A program made the position numbers and the translations under genes. Below are positions 25,501-38,500 of a stretch of DNA of 64,000 nt, in pieces (within the stretch, counting starts at the first letter, position 1; each line of letters opens with the position of its first letter). This DNA comes from Eledone cirrhosa (taxonomy: Eukaryota). The DNA lies in the NCBI GenBank assembly GCA_964016885.1, contig OZ024741.1, positions 346,766,001 through 346,830,000 on the forward strand, written 5' to 3'. The notes beneath the pieces were generated by a model that saw only the letters and a list, made by a program, of their open reading frames with translations, was not told where the DNA came from and did no database searches.

Positions 25501-26348
25501 GGTGTGTAATTGGAAAAAAATGTCTTTAGATAAAAATAACAGGTCCATTCATGTTGATATCTCTTACAAAACTCTCTATCTATATATATATAATTTATAT
25601 CTGAGTTTGTCCAATAGAAATAGTAATATTTGATCCGTTTATCATTATGCGAACAGCCTCTTCAGCCATGTGAGTAGAACAATCTCGTCATTCTTTCTCT
25701 TGTGTTGGCATTTTCTTGTATTGAATCGGGTACAGCGATAAAACTATTTGTTATATATATATAAGCTTATATATATGGAAGCTTAGTAAAATCGAAGCTT
25801 TGGCTGCGGCCAAGCAAAGTCGACCTACAATTAGGAATGAGTAGCAAAGCACTCAATAATGGGAGGTGTTTAGAGTAATAACATTACGTTTAGATAGCTT
25901 GACAAATTGAAAATTGCGGCAGGCAAAACCCAATCATACAATACCAAAACAACGAAATAAGTAATCAGGTTAGACAACAGACCTGGACAAATCGAACGAT
26001 ATTTTGCAATACGTCCGAAATGTTTCTATGAAATCCGAAATCATTAAACCAAATTACGTAACACGTAAGCTTGAGGTATTCAATGATCGAACAGGGGATT
26101 CACTTCATCGACAGGTATTTCGTTCTAGGCCTCAAACCTGTGTAAACTGTAAGTCAATGCGACTGCTACAATAGACAGCCTTCAGTCATTTCGTTGTCAC
26201 GTTATATTTCCAATAAGGGAAGTAACCCCCGGTTTTGGCAGGTAAATTCAAAATATTAACAAAGGAAAATAGTTCCGCTCATCATTCCGAACAAAAGCTC
26301 TCAACTAGACGTTATTAAACAAACATTAATAATTAACCAATCAACAGA

Positions 26349-26440
<92 letters not shown>

Positions 26441-26442
<2 letters not shown>

Positions 26443-29216
26443 CAGGAAAGAAGAGTGACATGGTTCGCTATACAATAAGGGTTTTATTCACATTGTTGCC
26501 AATTGTTTCTTTGATCTGGTAGGTCTAGAGTTCGCTACCCGCGTTATTTTGCGTCAATTGATCTCCAATACTTTGTTTATAAACACTCGTTTTCATCAGA
26601 GCACGCGAAAGTGAAGAAGATACATTAGGCATGGCTTTTATATAGTAGTGGTTTTAAACCAGAACAATAATATCAATAATAATATAAAATAACTAGATAG
26701 TAAATAGTTAAAATAAATAACATCAATATAAGTAAGAAATATAGTATAATGATGAATATAGTGTGTTAAACGAACTGATATAATACAGATGTATGAAATT
26801 GTCATATGCAAACTGCTATAGGGTACATTAGATATAGTGTTAAGGTGGCGAAGAGATGACAGTAACAACTAAAATGTACTTGGATCAGGATTTATGAGGT
26901 ATCTGGTTTGTATTAATTTAGTGAGAATGATAGTTTTTATGTAGTGTTAAGTGAAGTTGTAGATTCGTTATTTAAGTGGCTTATACTAAAGCTAAGGATT
27001 GTTAGTTCGAATCATGGGGGTTTAGCTTTCACAGCATCAATAACAAATCGTGTATAAATAAGACAGTAATAACAACAATAATAGAGACAATAAAGGTAAT
27101 AAAATAGTAAAATATGCATGGTAGATATAGAGAACATGATGAATAATATTAGGGATACATTGAGATGTTCATAATCATAATAATGGGAAAGTAAGATTTC
27201 AAGGAGTGTAGGAGTAATAAGATAATGTACTTAGAATTAATTTCATCTGTTAGAGATCATGAGTGCTAATGTGAGATATAATTGTTTGGTCCGAAGGAGT
27301 GAACAACAGCTTAGATGGGATTGATTTATGGGCTGATAAGTTAGTTGTAGACATTACTGCCACAATCCAGTGGTATAGAATTATGGAGGCTAGAAGGTGT
27401 TTATAGAAGAGTATGGTTCTGTAGTGGGTTGTGTGAGAATGCGGATTTCATATGTTTAATGCTAAGTGCTGTTGGTTCGAATCACGGTGGTTTAAATCTC
27501 GCGAATTTTGTAGCAATCCTATGTCTGCAGAAAATTGACCTTTCTATTTTGTTGTTGAGTAGCATTTTATCGTTCCTTAAGATATGCAGCAATTCAAGGT
27601 TGCAGAGCCCGCAGTGGGACATACCGCTGTTATAGGCCTTTGCGGCCGCCAATTTCGACCAGCTAATATTGTAATCAAAGTTTTTGTCCTTAAGGTGCCA
27701 GATTTTATTGGCGAGGGTTTTAGAACTTACCTGTGAAGGGTTCTTCCTTGAATGTCTGTGCACATACCATCTTTTTTTAAAAACACCCATGGTGGATCCA
27801 ATGTTGTGCCAAGTGGAGTTGCCCGTGTTTACAGTACACATGTACACTAGGCTCGAATAAAGGCAGCTATTCGCTAATGGGCACTTATCCGGTAGGTGAC
27901 AGTTGCAGTTCGAGGTATTACTCCGTGCAGCTTTCACATTGCGGTTTGGCAAACTGCTAAATGTGGGTTGTGATTCATGCCTATTGAAGTTTTGCTGCGG
28001 TGCGTTCATGTGTGTTTGTGGTTGTGATACGGTAATGTGTTTGTGTTTAGTGTTTGGTGCTATGTTGCGTATAGGTGGGATATCTTTCCGAGAGGTAATT
28101 CTTGTGGTTGATCTTGCGTATGTGCGATTCAATGTTGGCAGCAGGAGAGTATGAAAGTTTTATAGTTTTTCTATTGAAGATTTTATGATATCTATGCGAT
28201 ATAGGAAGTGCTTATCTATTAATTTAAAAAACGTAGAAGGCTGTCTAGTTCTTATAGAGGAGTTGAAGATTGGAGTAAACCATAGGTATTTTCTTTCCCT
28301 CGTTCTTCTATCGTTTCTAAGGTTTACATTATTCGTGTTCGGTCCTCCTACTCTAGGTGCTACTTGCCTAGTTCTATGTCTAGTCCAGTTAACTTTATTT
28401 TTGTATGATCGGTTGGTGTCGGTGTTAATGGGTTTGTTTGTGTTGTGCTTATCCGTTATAAACTGCAGATTTTTTTGCGTCCAGCCCTATGTAATGCTGC
28501 GTTATAATAGTTAGCATGTTCTTTAAAAAATTCTTGGTTTGAGGATATGTGGGATATTCTAAGGGATATACTACGTGCTATGGATTTAATTAGGGATCGG
28601 GGGGCGGTTTGAGTTATAACTAATGTAGGCTAGATTTTCATTATTTTTGTGGAAGGGTTCTATTAATCCCGTGCTTTGGTTTATAGTTACGTCTAGAAAA
28701 TTTGCCTTTTTATGGTTCAGTTCGTAGGTGATACTTAGGCCTAATTTTTGAAGAATGTTCCAATGTTTTTTCGTAATCTTTCCATGCTCTGGTTATTTAA
28801 GTTCCTAGCTATAAGGAGCGTGTCATCTCTATAAATCCCTCCTTGGAGTTATTAAATCCTTTATGTAGGTTGTGTGCTATAAATATCCCCACAACATCAG
28901 TTATTTGCGCTGAATCGTTCGATGCCATTGTGATATCGAAACTGTTCATCCTATTTTTTCTTTCCCAGTAACTATTTTCAAATTTTATGATAGTCCTTCT
29001 AGCAGCTAGTATTATTTTAATTTCATCTGGGGTAAGGTCCGAGTTATTGTGGGCAAATATTAGCGCTTTATCTAGAGTGAGTGGGGAAAGTACTGGAGAT
29101 CGATTGACGCAAAATCAGGCGGGTAGCGAACTCTAGACCTACCACATCAAAGAAACAATTGTCAGCAATGTGAATAAAACCTTTATTGTATAGCATGTCA
29201 CGCTTCCTTCTTGAAT
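26441..29216 (-). mobile_element. 5'-truncated Penelope-like element (Hydra-type), RT + GIY-YIG, with an inverted ~130-bp pseudo-LTR at the 5' end
   Basis: Minus-strand FDITMASNDSAQITDVVG and GGIYRDD; 26441-26575 is inverted at 29087-29216; the 3' end abuts (TA)n. Confidence 0.87.
27482..29068 (-). pseudogene. PLE RT C-terminal half + GIY-YIG (CNCHLPDKCPL...CGLCNLE...CRH), frameshifted
   Basis: ORF 27482-28132 plus upstream RT motifs in other frames. Confidence 0.85.
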
Positions 29217-29365
29217 GATTATTACTCCAAGTATAAACTACATAGAAATTACCCCGAACTCGCAGCATCACCATGGAAGCGTCGCGTTAATACTATCCAC
29301 TACACGGAGTACTCTAACTGGACTACATCTAAGTGGACTGCATATAACGATAACCTGTTATCCCG

Positions 29366-29396
<31 letters not shown>

Positions 29397-29525
29397 GAAT
29401 GAATAAAAGAAAAATGAAAAAAATTCCATTAATAATTCTTCATAATCTGTTATAGTTCAAAGTACTCTACGTTGAAGGAGCTATTTATAAGCAAAGAGTA
29501 ATTTAAATAACTCTTTGCTTATATA

Positions 29526-29605
<80 letters not shown>

Positions 29606-29612
29606 ATATAAT

Positions 29613-29955
29613 AAAACCATATTTATTTTATTAAACATATTTCAAGGGCAACCAAGGCAAATTATGGTGCGCTTTCATCAGATAAAATACAGATTTGTAT
29701 TATAAATAAATATTGACATACCCGGAAAAAAGACAACCTTTCGGACACGGATTTGCATACTCACTCATAACTTTGTATCACCCTCAATAAATGTACTATC
29801 TCCACTATCCAGGAAGCTCCAACCGTTAAGGTTGTCTTTTTTCCGGGTATGTCAATATTTATTTATAAAACAAATCTGTATTTTATCTGATGAAAGCGCA
29901 CCATAATTCGCCTTGGTTGCCCTTGAAATATGTAAAATAAAATAAATATGTTTTT
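29613..29955. repeat. Non-coding fold-back (~130-bp arms) with a hammerhead-like motif in each arm, inside (TA)n
   Basis: 29613-29744 is the reverse complement of 29822-29955; the plus arm reads attttat-CTGATGA-aagcgcacc...ggttgccctt-GAAA-TATG-TA..ataaaat. Confidence 0.8.
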
Positions 29956-30075
29956 ATATATATAGTTTCAATTTATTAATATATTGTGTGTTTACTCCAC
30001 TAAACGTTGAGTGCTTTATATTAGTTATAAACATTTTAAAGCTTTTTTGAATCCCAACAAATTAAATATAACCTC

Positions 30076-30144
<69 letters not shown>

Positions 30145-30214
30145 AAAAAGAGATGAAATCGAAAATGCAACTGGAGTCTTATTTAAAAAAAATATATATA
30201 TATTTATTTGGTTC

Positions 30215-30250
30215 CTTTACAGGTTTCGCAGTTCTTTTGCTTTTCAAAAG
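30215..30250 (-). ncRNA. Minimal hammerhead, U3-A8 core variant
   Basis: ctt-TTGAAAA-gca-aaagaac-tgc-GAAA-CCTG-TA-aag. Confidence 0.6.
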
Positions 30251-31619
30251 TTAGTTGAGATGGAGGGTCTGTGGTTTTTCTGACATCTGGTTGGTCTATG
30301 AATGTTACTTGTTTTATATGGAAAAAGTGGCTCGAAATGCAAGGTTTTTCGAGAAGTAATTTGATTGGGTTGTCAATAATTATAATAAATTTCGCGCCAG
30401 TTCGCGTTACAATAGTTCTTCAAATAAGAGGGGGGGGGTTGTCACAGGTTGTTTTTTCATATATGAGTGTTTGAATTTCTTTTTACTTGAAAAAAGGAGG
30501 CTCACGAAGGCTTTTTTTTGGTTGGTTATAAATGAAATTATGGCTGTCACGTGAACAGGTTTTCATTAAATTTTTGTGCTCTTATTTGGAAATCCATTCT
30601 GTAGCCTTTTTAGAGAATTTTTTGATAAGTGAAAGATAATGGTCAAGAGAAAGAGATGGGAGAATTGTTCTGGTTCAGTGAATATGGTTAGTTCGCTGGG
30701 GTGTCAGAATTCAGATTTTCTATTGAATAAAGAAAGTAAAGATATGTATGTTTATTTGTGTGCTTGTGTGTGTGTGTGTGTGTTGTGTGTGTGTGTTTGA
30801 ATTTCTTTACTTTAAAAAAAGGTGGCTCACGAAGGCTTTTTTTTAATAAACGTGATTTGATTGGTTATAAATGAAATTTGGCTGTCATGTGAACAAGTTT
30901 TCATTACATTTTTGCGCCCTTATTTGGAAAACTATTCTGTAGCCTTTATAGCGAATATTATGACAATGGAAAGATAGTGGTCAAGAGAAATGGGATTGGG
31001 AGTATTGTTCTGCTTCAGTGAATATGGTTAGTTCGCTGGGGTGTCAGAGTTCAGATTTTCTATTGAAGTGAAGATATGTATGTTTATTTGTGTGCTTGTG
31101 TGTGTGTATGTGTGTGTGTGTGTGTGTGTGTATGTGTGTATTGGAAGATTATTCTATTAGTAGAAATGGGGGAGGGAGTTGTGTGTGTGTGTGTATATGG
31201 GTGTTATGTGTGTGTGTGCGAGTATGTTAAGATGGAGAGATTATATATTTTGTGTGTGTGTATATATATGTGTGTAGGAAAGTGGTTCTATTAGTAGAAA
31301 TGGGGAGGGAGTTGTGGGTGTGGGGGTTGTTATGTGTGTGTATGGGTGTTATGTGTGTGGGAGTATGGTTAGCATGTTAAGATGAAGAGAATATATATAT
31401 ATATATATTGTGTGTGTGTGCATGTGTGTGTGTAGGAAAGTGATTTATTTAGTAGGAATATTTTTGAATGAACATATTTTCCTTACTTATTCGTATTTGC
31501 TGTTGTATTGTCAGTGCAAACGTATGTTAAGGTTTATTTAGTTCGGGTTTTTATTTTCTAAAGTAGAAGGTGTTATGTGTGTGTGTGTATGTCATATTAT
31601 GGTGTTGACATAATGTATA

Positions 31620-33520
31620 TTAAACCATATTTAATGTTGGTCTATATTTTTGAATAAACATATTTTCCTTATTTATTCGCATTTGTTCTGTTGTATTGTT
31701 AACGCAAAGGTAAAATGGGAAGACTTGGAATTTGGGTGTCTTATTACTTGGGCAAATGTCTAGATGTGCACTTAGTGGTATCTGTCTCGTGGTTAGATCT
31801 CGTAATTGTTGGCGATGAACTGTCATTCTGTTTCTGAGTGTGAGTTTAGTTTGTCCTATATAATCTTCATTGCATCCTTTACATTTAATGGCATAAATTA
31901 GATTTTTTGATGAGCAAGTGAAGTGATTTTTTACAGTAAAATTTTGTCCTGATTTAAATGTATACGTGTTGCCTTCAATGAGGTGAGTGCAGGTTCCACA
32001 ATTAGAGCGACCACATTTTTTGATACTTGGTTGTGGGTTTGTGGTAGGTAATTTGGCATTGGTGAGTAATGTTTTCAGTGATTTTGGTTGTTTTTTGCTT
32101 TTGATTATTTTGTGTGTTTCAAGGGCTTTTTTCATTCTTGGGTTTTGTTTTAGTAGTGGGATGTTATTGTGAATAGTGTTGTAAGCTTCCGCATTTCTTG
32201 GGTTGTGTGTTGAGATATGTGATAGAATATTGGACGTACCTTGAATTTGTTTCTGTTTCCGTAATTCATCAATGCCTATTGCTTTAGCCCTTTCTATTCC
32301 ATTATTTATTAGTAATAGTGGGTACTCGCTCTCGAGTAGAATTTCCTTTAATTCTTGAAGTCTTTTATTTCGCGTTTCATAATTGGAGACAATTGTGCAA
32401 ATTCTTCTTGCTAGGTTAAAAGGAATGTTCGTCTTCGTGTGCTTTGGATGGTTGGAGGTGAATAGCAGATATTGTTTGGAATCTGTTGGTTTGTAGTGTA
32501 TGTCAGTTTCGATATTTGTGTCTTTATTTAAGATTAAGATGTCCAGAAATGGGAGTTGATCTTGGCTGTATTCCATTGTGAATTGGATGTGGTTATTGAT
32601 GCCGTTTATTAAGTTTTTGAAATCCTTCAGTTGGTCGAGTGTGTGGGACCAAAGAATGAGGCAATCATCCAAGTAGCGTTTCCAATTCTCTGATAAATAT
32701 TTGTGGAAGTTCAATCCGTATTTTGATTTGGACTGTTTATATATCTGGACTTCTAAGTATGCCATGACTAAGTTGGCATAAGTTAGAGCGGCTTTTGTAC
32801 CCATCGTAGTCCCCGATATTTGCTTGTAAGTATTGCCATCGAAATCAAAAAAGTTGTTTTGTAGGATGAATTTTAATCCCTCAGTGATGAAGCTTTTTTT
32901 CTATTCTGTCAGGTATCTCATTGGTATATTTCTCTAGCCAGAATCCTATTGCTTCTAGTCCGTATTGGTGTGGGATCGTTGTGTAGAGATTCACTACATC
33001 GAAAGACACAATAATAGTGTCGTTGTTGACATGTTTGGGGAGGTGGTTTAAGAGGTCCAGATCGTCTCTTACAAGGCTTGGTATGTGTTTCAGTATTGGT
33101 TTCAGTAGTATGTCTATAAAGTTGCTCAATCTGTGTGTTTCACATTGTGGGCCCGCTACAATTGGTCTTAATTTAAGGTCTGTGGGGTATTGTGTGTTCA
33201 CGCAGGCTGAGGTGGATTGTTTACAGGCATCGTTGATTATTTTACACTTGTGGATCTTCGGAAGTCCGTAAAGGTTGCTGGTTTTGTATTCAAAATTTGT
33301 TAAATAATCACGTTCCTTTTTAGTTAGGTTTTCCTGGTATCGATAAATCAGTGTGTTTAATTTGGTCATTATTTTTGATTGTTGGTAGTTTTTTACTCTT
33401 TCATAGTAATTAGTATTTTGTAAGAGAGAGAACATAGAATTTTTATATTTTTCAGCCTCCATAATGACATCAGTACTTCCCTTGTCTGCTTCCTTAATTA
33501 TAATGTCCGTATTGTTTTTT
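31620..33520 (-). pseudogene. Neptune PLE RT/GIY-YIG ORF, frameshifted near 32890
   Basis: ORFs 32881-33462 and 31620-32804 are collinear with 53527-55281. Confidence 0.9.
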
Positions 33521-33787
33521 ATATATATATATATATTGTTGAGGAACTACTTCTACCAAGCTCGTCCCATGGATTGAGTGCTCTACTGCTACGGCTATAA
33601 CCCTCCAGTTATATTTACCCATTTACCGTATAGGTCGCAGTCCCAAAATCTGCCAACATTCCCAACGCGAGAGGCTATGTCTGCTGACTGACTGTCTCTT
33701 CACTCATCTTCCTGGGACACAACGCACGAACAGTAAAGGAGCTTCATGCCAACCCACAAACCACAATAAAGCCACTCGCTGGTGCGG

Positions 33788-33965
33788 TAATGCTGCTCCA
33801 GTCTCCTCACAAAGACATGATTACAACAACAAAACAACAAAAGTAATGCTGCTCCAGTCTTTTCACAAAGACACGATCACAACAACAACAAATACAACAA
33901 CAACAAAAATAACGCTGCTCCAGTCTTTTCACAAATACACAATTACAAAAAGTACAACAACAACA
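33788..33965. repeat. Three ~55-65-bp imperfect tandem units (taatgctgctccagtcttttcacaaagacac + ACA runs)
   Basis: Direct reading. Confidence 0.8.
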
Positions 33966-34259
33966 ACAAAAGAGAGAACTGCAACCCTATCCAATGTTGT
34001 AACCACAAATACAATCAAAAACTGCTCCCTGAACAAAAGAAAAATCTTTCTTTTTAGCCATGAACCTGGCAAAGGAGATAGAGAAAAAGATTTTAGCCAT
34101 CACCCAACACCATCCTTGCTGTCACTAACACACAATCACAAAACAAGCCCCTTGCAACAGTCAAAATCAACCACCACACTAGCCTTCACATTATTACTCA
34201 ATACACAAGGTCCATCCATCAATGCACAGAAATGGAAGATCCAATTCATTGAGGATTGT

Positions 34260-34417
34260 GGACGCCATGCTTTCTAGTATAGTTATGTCCCTTTACGGTC
34301 TGAGTTCAAATCCCGTCGAGGTTAACTTTGCCTTTCATCCTTACGGGGTCGATAAAATAAAGTGCCAGTAATGTACTGGGTAATTGTTGGCCTTGTGCCA
34401 AAAGTAGAAACAATTAT
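34260..34417 (+). mobile_element. 5'-truncated copy of the same tRNA-derived SINE
   Basis: B box GAGTTCAAATCC; same core and 3' end (ggccttgtgccaaaagtagaaacaatt) as 47991-48186. Confidence 0.85.
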
Positions 34418-35173
34418 ATATATATATATGAATTTTTCAGCCCTTACGTTATTGTTAAAATATTTAATGTTCAACACATTTGATATACTGGAGAACTTCA
34501 AAGAATAAATTGTACCGATCTTAGATTAAACACTAGTATCAATAAGGAAGTAAATGCATAAAATCTATACTATTTGGGGAAAAGCGTAATTTCCTTCATG
34601 ACCCAACCTGACCCTCAAAGGATTTGATACTGTCAAGATTATATGAACAAAATTTGGTTTTTAATAGATATAATTTTGAAACTAAATAATATGTATTTAT
34701 ATATAATTCAATATAAGTATATTAAATACTGATAATAATTTTCAGAGAAATGATAATTACTATTTTCACCTTGATATTTTACAAATTTAATTTAATGAAA
34801 ATGTAATGGAGTCTACAATATCAGAACGAATTAGGTAAAAATAATGCAAATTCCAATAATTATAATCACAATAGTTACACTTGAGCTTGATTATTAGATT
34901 CAAAACTTATGTCAGCTTTTTTTCTGATGTTTATTAGATTCGTTTATATTCTGGAGTACCTTATTTACAATATTAAAACATCTTTGGCAAAATTAAGACG
35001 GTAGATATATTAACACCGGTGTTTTAAAATAAAGGATGGATCAAGGAGTGTGATCACATACACATATTACTTACCTTTCTTTGAATCTTTCCTTAATTGA
35101 GTAAATATATTTTCTATATATGCACAAAATCTAGTAATTTCTTAAATTGATATATGAAAAACAATGTATAGGG

Positions 35174-35235
<62 letters not shown>

Positions 35236-35560
35236 TTTCGTTGGATTTTCAAATTGGATTGTCACTCTGAAACCGGATCTACACCCGGAGTTTACTTGAA
35301 CTTCCATCAGGAAATCTTTTCCTGTCACGGATATTCTCTTTACTTCTTGCATTATTTGAATATACCACGACGCTCTATCACTTTTCCCCCAGTATACTCT
35401 TCTTACTTCCAACTTCTTATTCACCCGTCTATTTCTGTCTCGCCCGAGGACCTTCATCCTGCCCGTTCCCTCTATATATCTAATTTCTCATTCATCCTTC
35501 TGATTAAGGACTAGCGTCCTACACGTTAAGATCCTCTTCCTGCTATTTCAAGCGTTACCT
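35236..35560 (+). mobile_element. PLE 3'-end/pseudo-LTR fragment with a decayed minimal hammerhead (~35496-35531)
   Basis: cctt-CTGATtA-aggac-tagc-gtcct-acAC-GTT-aaga; paralogous to 38177-38500. Confidence 0.65.
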
Positions 35561-35587
35561 TTTACACCCCCCACACACCACACACAC

Positions 35588-35621
<34 letters not shown>

Positions 35622-35735
35622 GTGATCAAAGTTAAAAGATGTGGTGTCGTTCATGGTTTTCCTAGAGCTATTAGTAATATTTAGGGTCGACGTATGGATT
35701 TGGGATGTTATATATATATATATTTAAATATGTGA

Positions 35736-35781
<46 letters not shown>

Positions 35782-36185
35782 CTATCTATCTATCTATCTA
35801 TCTGAACACCTACAAAACGTATTCCTAGTGTTGAGGGTTGTTCTATCTACGGGATGTAAAACAACCCTGTAGTAACGTTCCTCCATATTGGGGATTTCAA
35901 TTGTTATTTTATTATATACAGTTTATTGTTATTTATTAATGTTAAAGTTATATGATTTTTATGTAAAACCCCCGCCGTCACGTCTTGTAATGTTCCATTT
36001 GTGTACACCCCTGTGGCAAATAAAGAAATATATCTCTCTCTGTCTCTCTCCCTGTCTCTCTCTCTCACTCTCTCTCTCTCTCTATATATATATATAGATA
36101 GATATATGTACACCACCTTACCCTCTAATTGATTTAACAGTTGTCTTTAACCCATTGATACCAAATATTATTTGGTCAGTAGTTC

Positions 36186-36240
<55 letters not shown>

Positions 36241-36247
<7 letters not shown>

Positions 36248-37199
36248 ATAATATATATGTAGTAAGAAACATAGTAAACCGTGTGTCTAATATTACGAGG
36301 GTTGAAAGACTACATTTGTTTGAAATATTTTACCATCAAGCAGACAGAATGATAAAATAAAATAAAATTATATTATACAAACCGCCTCAATAACAATTAT
36401 ATCTCTCGGACAGATTAGGGATAATCTGTCTCGCCCAGAGTGTGTTTGTAACAGATAATCCAGGGCATCATCAGCGAGAGAATCTGATTAAATGCGACAA
36501 ACACAATAGTACCAACGTTCACACAGAAAGATGAATTTATCACCTCGTGCGCCGCAAGTAAAAAGTGGTGTGAGTGTATTGGTTAGAAATAACAGTCCAA
36601 CATACGCAACTTAATAATCTCACCTCATGAGGGAGCCGAAATATAAATGAAAGTTAGAGTTAATAACTCTTACCGAAACCCTGTAATGAATAAGCTCCAA
36701 GCATAAATACTGAGCATTATAATAATAATATATATGTAGTAAGAAACAGAGTAAACCGTGTGTCTAATATTACGAGGGTTGAAAGACCATATTTGTTTGA
36801 AATATTGAAAGACCATATTTGTTTGAAATATTTAACCATGAAGCAGACAGAATGATAAAATAAAATAAAATTATATTATACAAACTGCCTCAATAACAAT
36901 TATATCTCTCGGACAGATTAGGGATATACACTCTGGGCGAAACAGATTATCCCTAATCTGTCCGAGAGATATAATTGTTATTGAGGCGGTTTGTATAATA
37001 TAATTTAATTTTACTTTATCATTCTGTCTGCTTCATGGTTAAATATTTCAAACTAATGTGGTCTTTCAACCCTCGAAATATTAGACACACGGTTTACTCT
37101 GTTTCTTACTACATATATATTATTATTATAATGCTCAGTATTTATGCTTGGAGCTTATTCATTACAGGGTTTCAGTAAGAGTTATTAACTCTAACTTTC

Positions 37200-37205
<6 letters not shown>
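36241..37205 (-). mobile_element. Non-coding 477-bp-period hammerhead repeat (about 1.4 tandem units plus an inverted segment) in (TA)n
   Basis: 36241.. recurs at 36718..; 36927-37205 is the reverse complement of a stretch that crosses the unit junction. Confidence 0.85.
36402..36481 (-). ncRNA. Type I hammerhead ribozyme with a stable stem III
   Basis: tctctcg-CTGATGA-t-gccc...gggc-GAgAC-agatta-tccc-taatct-GTC-cgagaga. The inverted partial copy at 36931-36969 retains canonical GAAAC. Confidence 0.85.
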
Positions 37206-37255
<50 letters not shown>

Positions 37256-37462
37256 TTTTGTGTCTTTGTCTATATATTTATGTTTGGATGGATGAATGAA
37301 TACACTAAGCTTTAGATCTAGTAGAATGCACAACCACTGATTCCATACTTCTAGTAATTCCCTGGGGAATTGGTTGAGCAAATGCTTTACTTAATTGTTT
37401 TATTTATTTTTTTAAAAATGTTATTCTTTCTCTTAGATTTCAGGTATTTTTTCAAAGCATAG

Positions 37463-37568
37463 CATTGGCCCCTAAAATATTGCAGTGGGCCCTGCAATAC
37501 TACTGTGGGCTCTTGCAATGGGGCCCACTTGCCATTGGGCAACCTGGCAATCTGGCTATCCGCCAGTG
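37463..37568. mobile_element. Possible end of a hAT-like MITE
   Basis: GGGCCC-rich subterminal motifs ending in atccgccagtg (close to the reverse complement of CAGTGGCGGAT); no partner TIR found. Confidence 0.3.
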
Positions 37569-37919
37569 TATATATATATATATATACTATCATATGTATA
37601 ACACTTCTCTCTAAAGATAGCTCCGGATTATTTATATTTGATTAGCTTTTATCATTAAATGTGATATCTTTATATATTGATTATGTTACTCAACAAAAAG
37701 CGTGCATTGAACATTAACCTCCAAGCATCAGTTATACGCCCTTGGTTTGAATCTTTCCTTAATTGAGTAAATATATTTTCTATATATGCACACAATCTAG
37801 TAGTTTCTTGAATTGATATATGAAAAACATTGTATAGAGTTTAAGTTATATATATAGATACATACATAACATAAATATATAGACACAGACGCAAAAGCAT
37901 ATATGTATATATATATATA

Positions 37920-38144
<225 letters not shown>

Positions 38145-38176
38145 TACCCACTCTCCTACCCTAAGTATTGAGTACT

Positions 38177-38500
38177 CTGGATTTTCACTCTGAAACTGGA
38201 TCTACACCCGGAGTTTTCTTGAACTTCCACCAGGAAATCTTTTCGTATCACGGATATTTTCTTTACTTCTTGCATTATTTGAATATACCACGACTCTATC
38301 ACTTTTCCTCCACTATACTATTCTTACTTCCAACTTCTTCTTCTCACCCATCTATTTCTGTCTCGCCCGAGGACCTTCATCCTGCCCAATTCAACCCTGC
38401 CCGTTCCCTCTATATTTCTAATTTCTCATCCATTCTTCTGATGAAGGGCTAACTTCAGAAACGCTAAGATCCACTTCCTCCTATGTCAAGCGTTAGTCTA
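38177..38500 (+). mobile_element. Second copy of the PLE pseudo-LTR fragment with a minimal hammerhead (~38434-38469)
   Basis: tctt-CTGATGA-agggctaacttca-GAAAC-GCT-aaga. Confidence 0.65.

Larger units (their letters stand above)
30141..33520 (-). mobile_element. 5'-truncated Neptune-type Penelope-like element
   Basis: RT (YGLPKIHK, LRPIV, SFDVVNLYT, MGTKAA, WKRYLDD) + CGRSNCGTC linker + LIYAIKCKGC..YIGQT; long 3' UTR with internal duplications; (TA)n at both ends. Confidence 0.9.
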
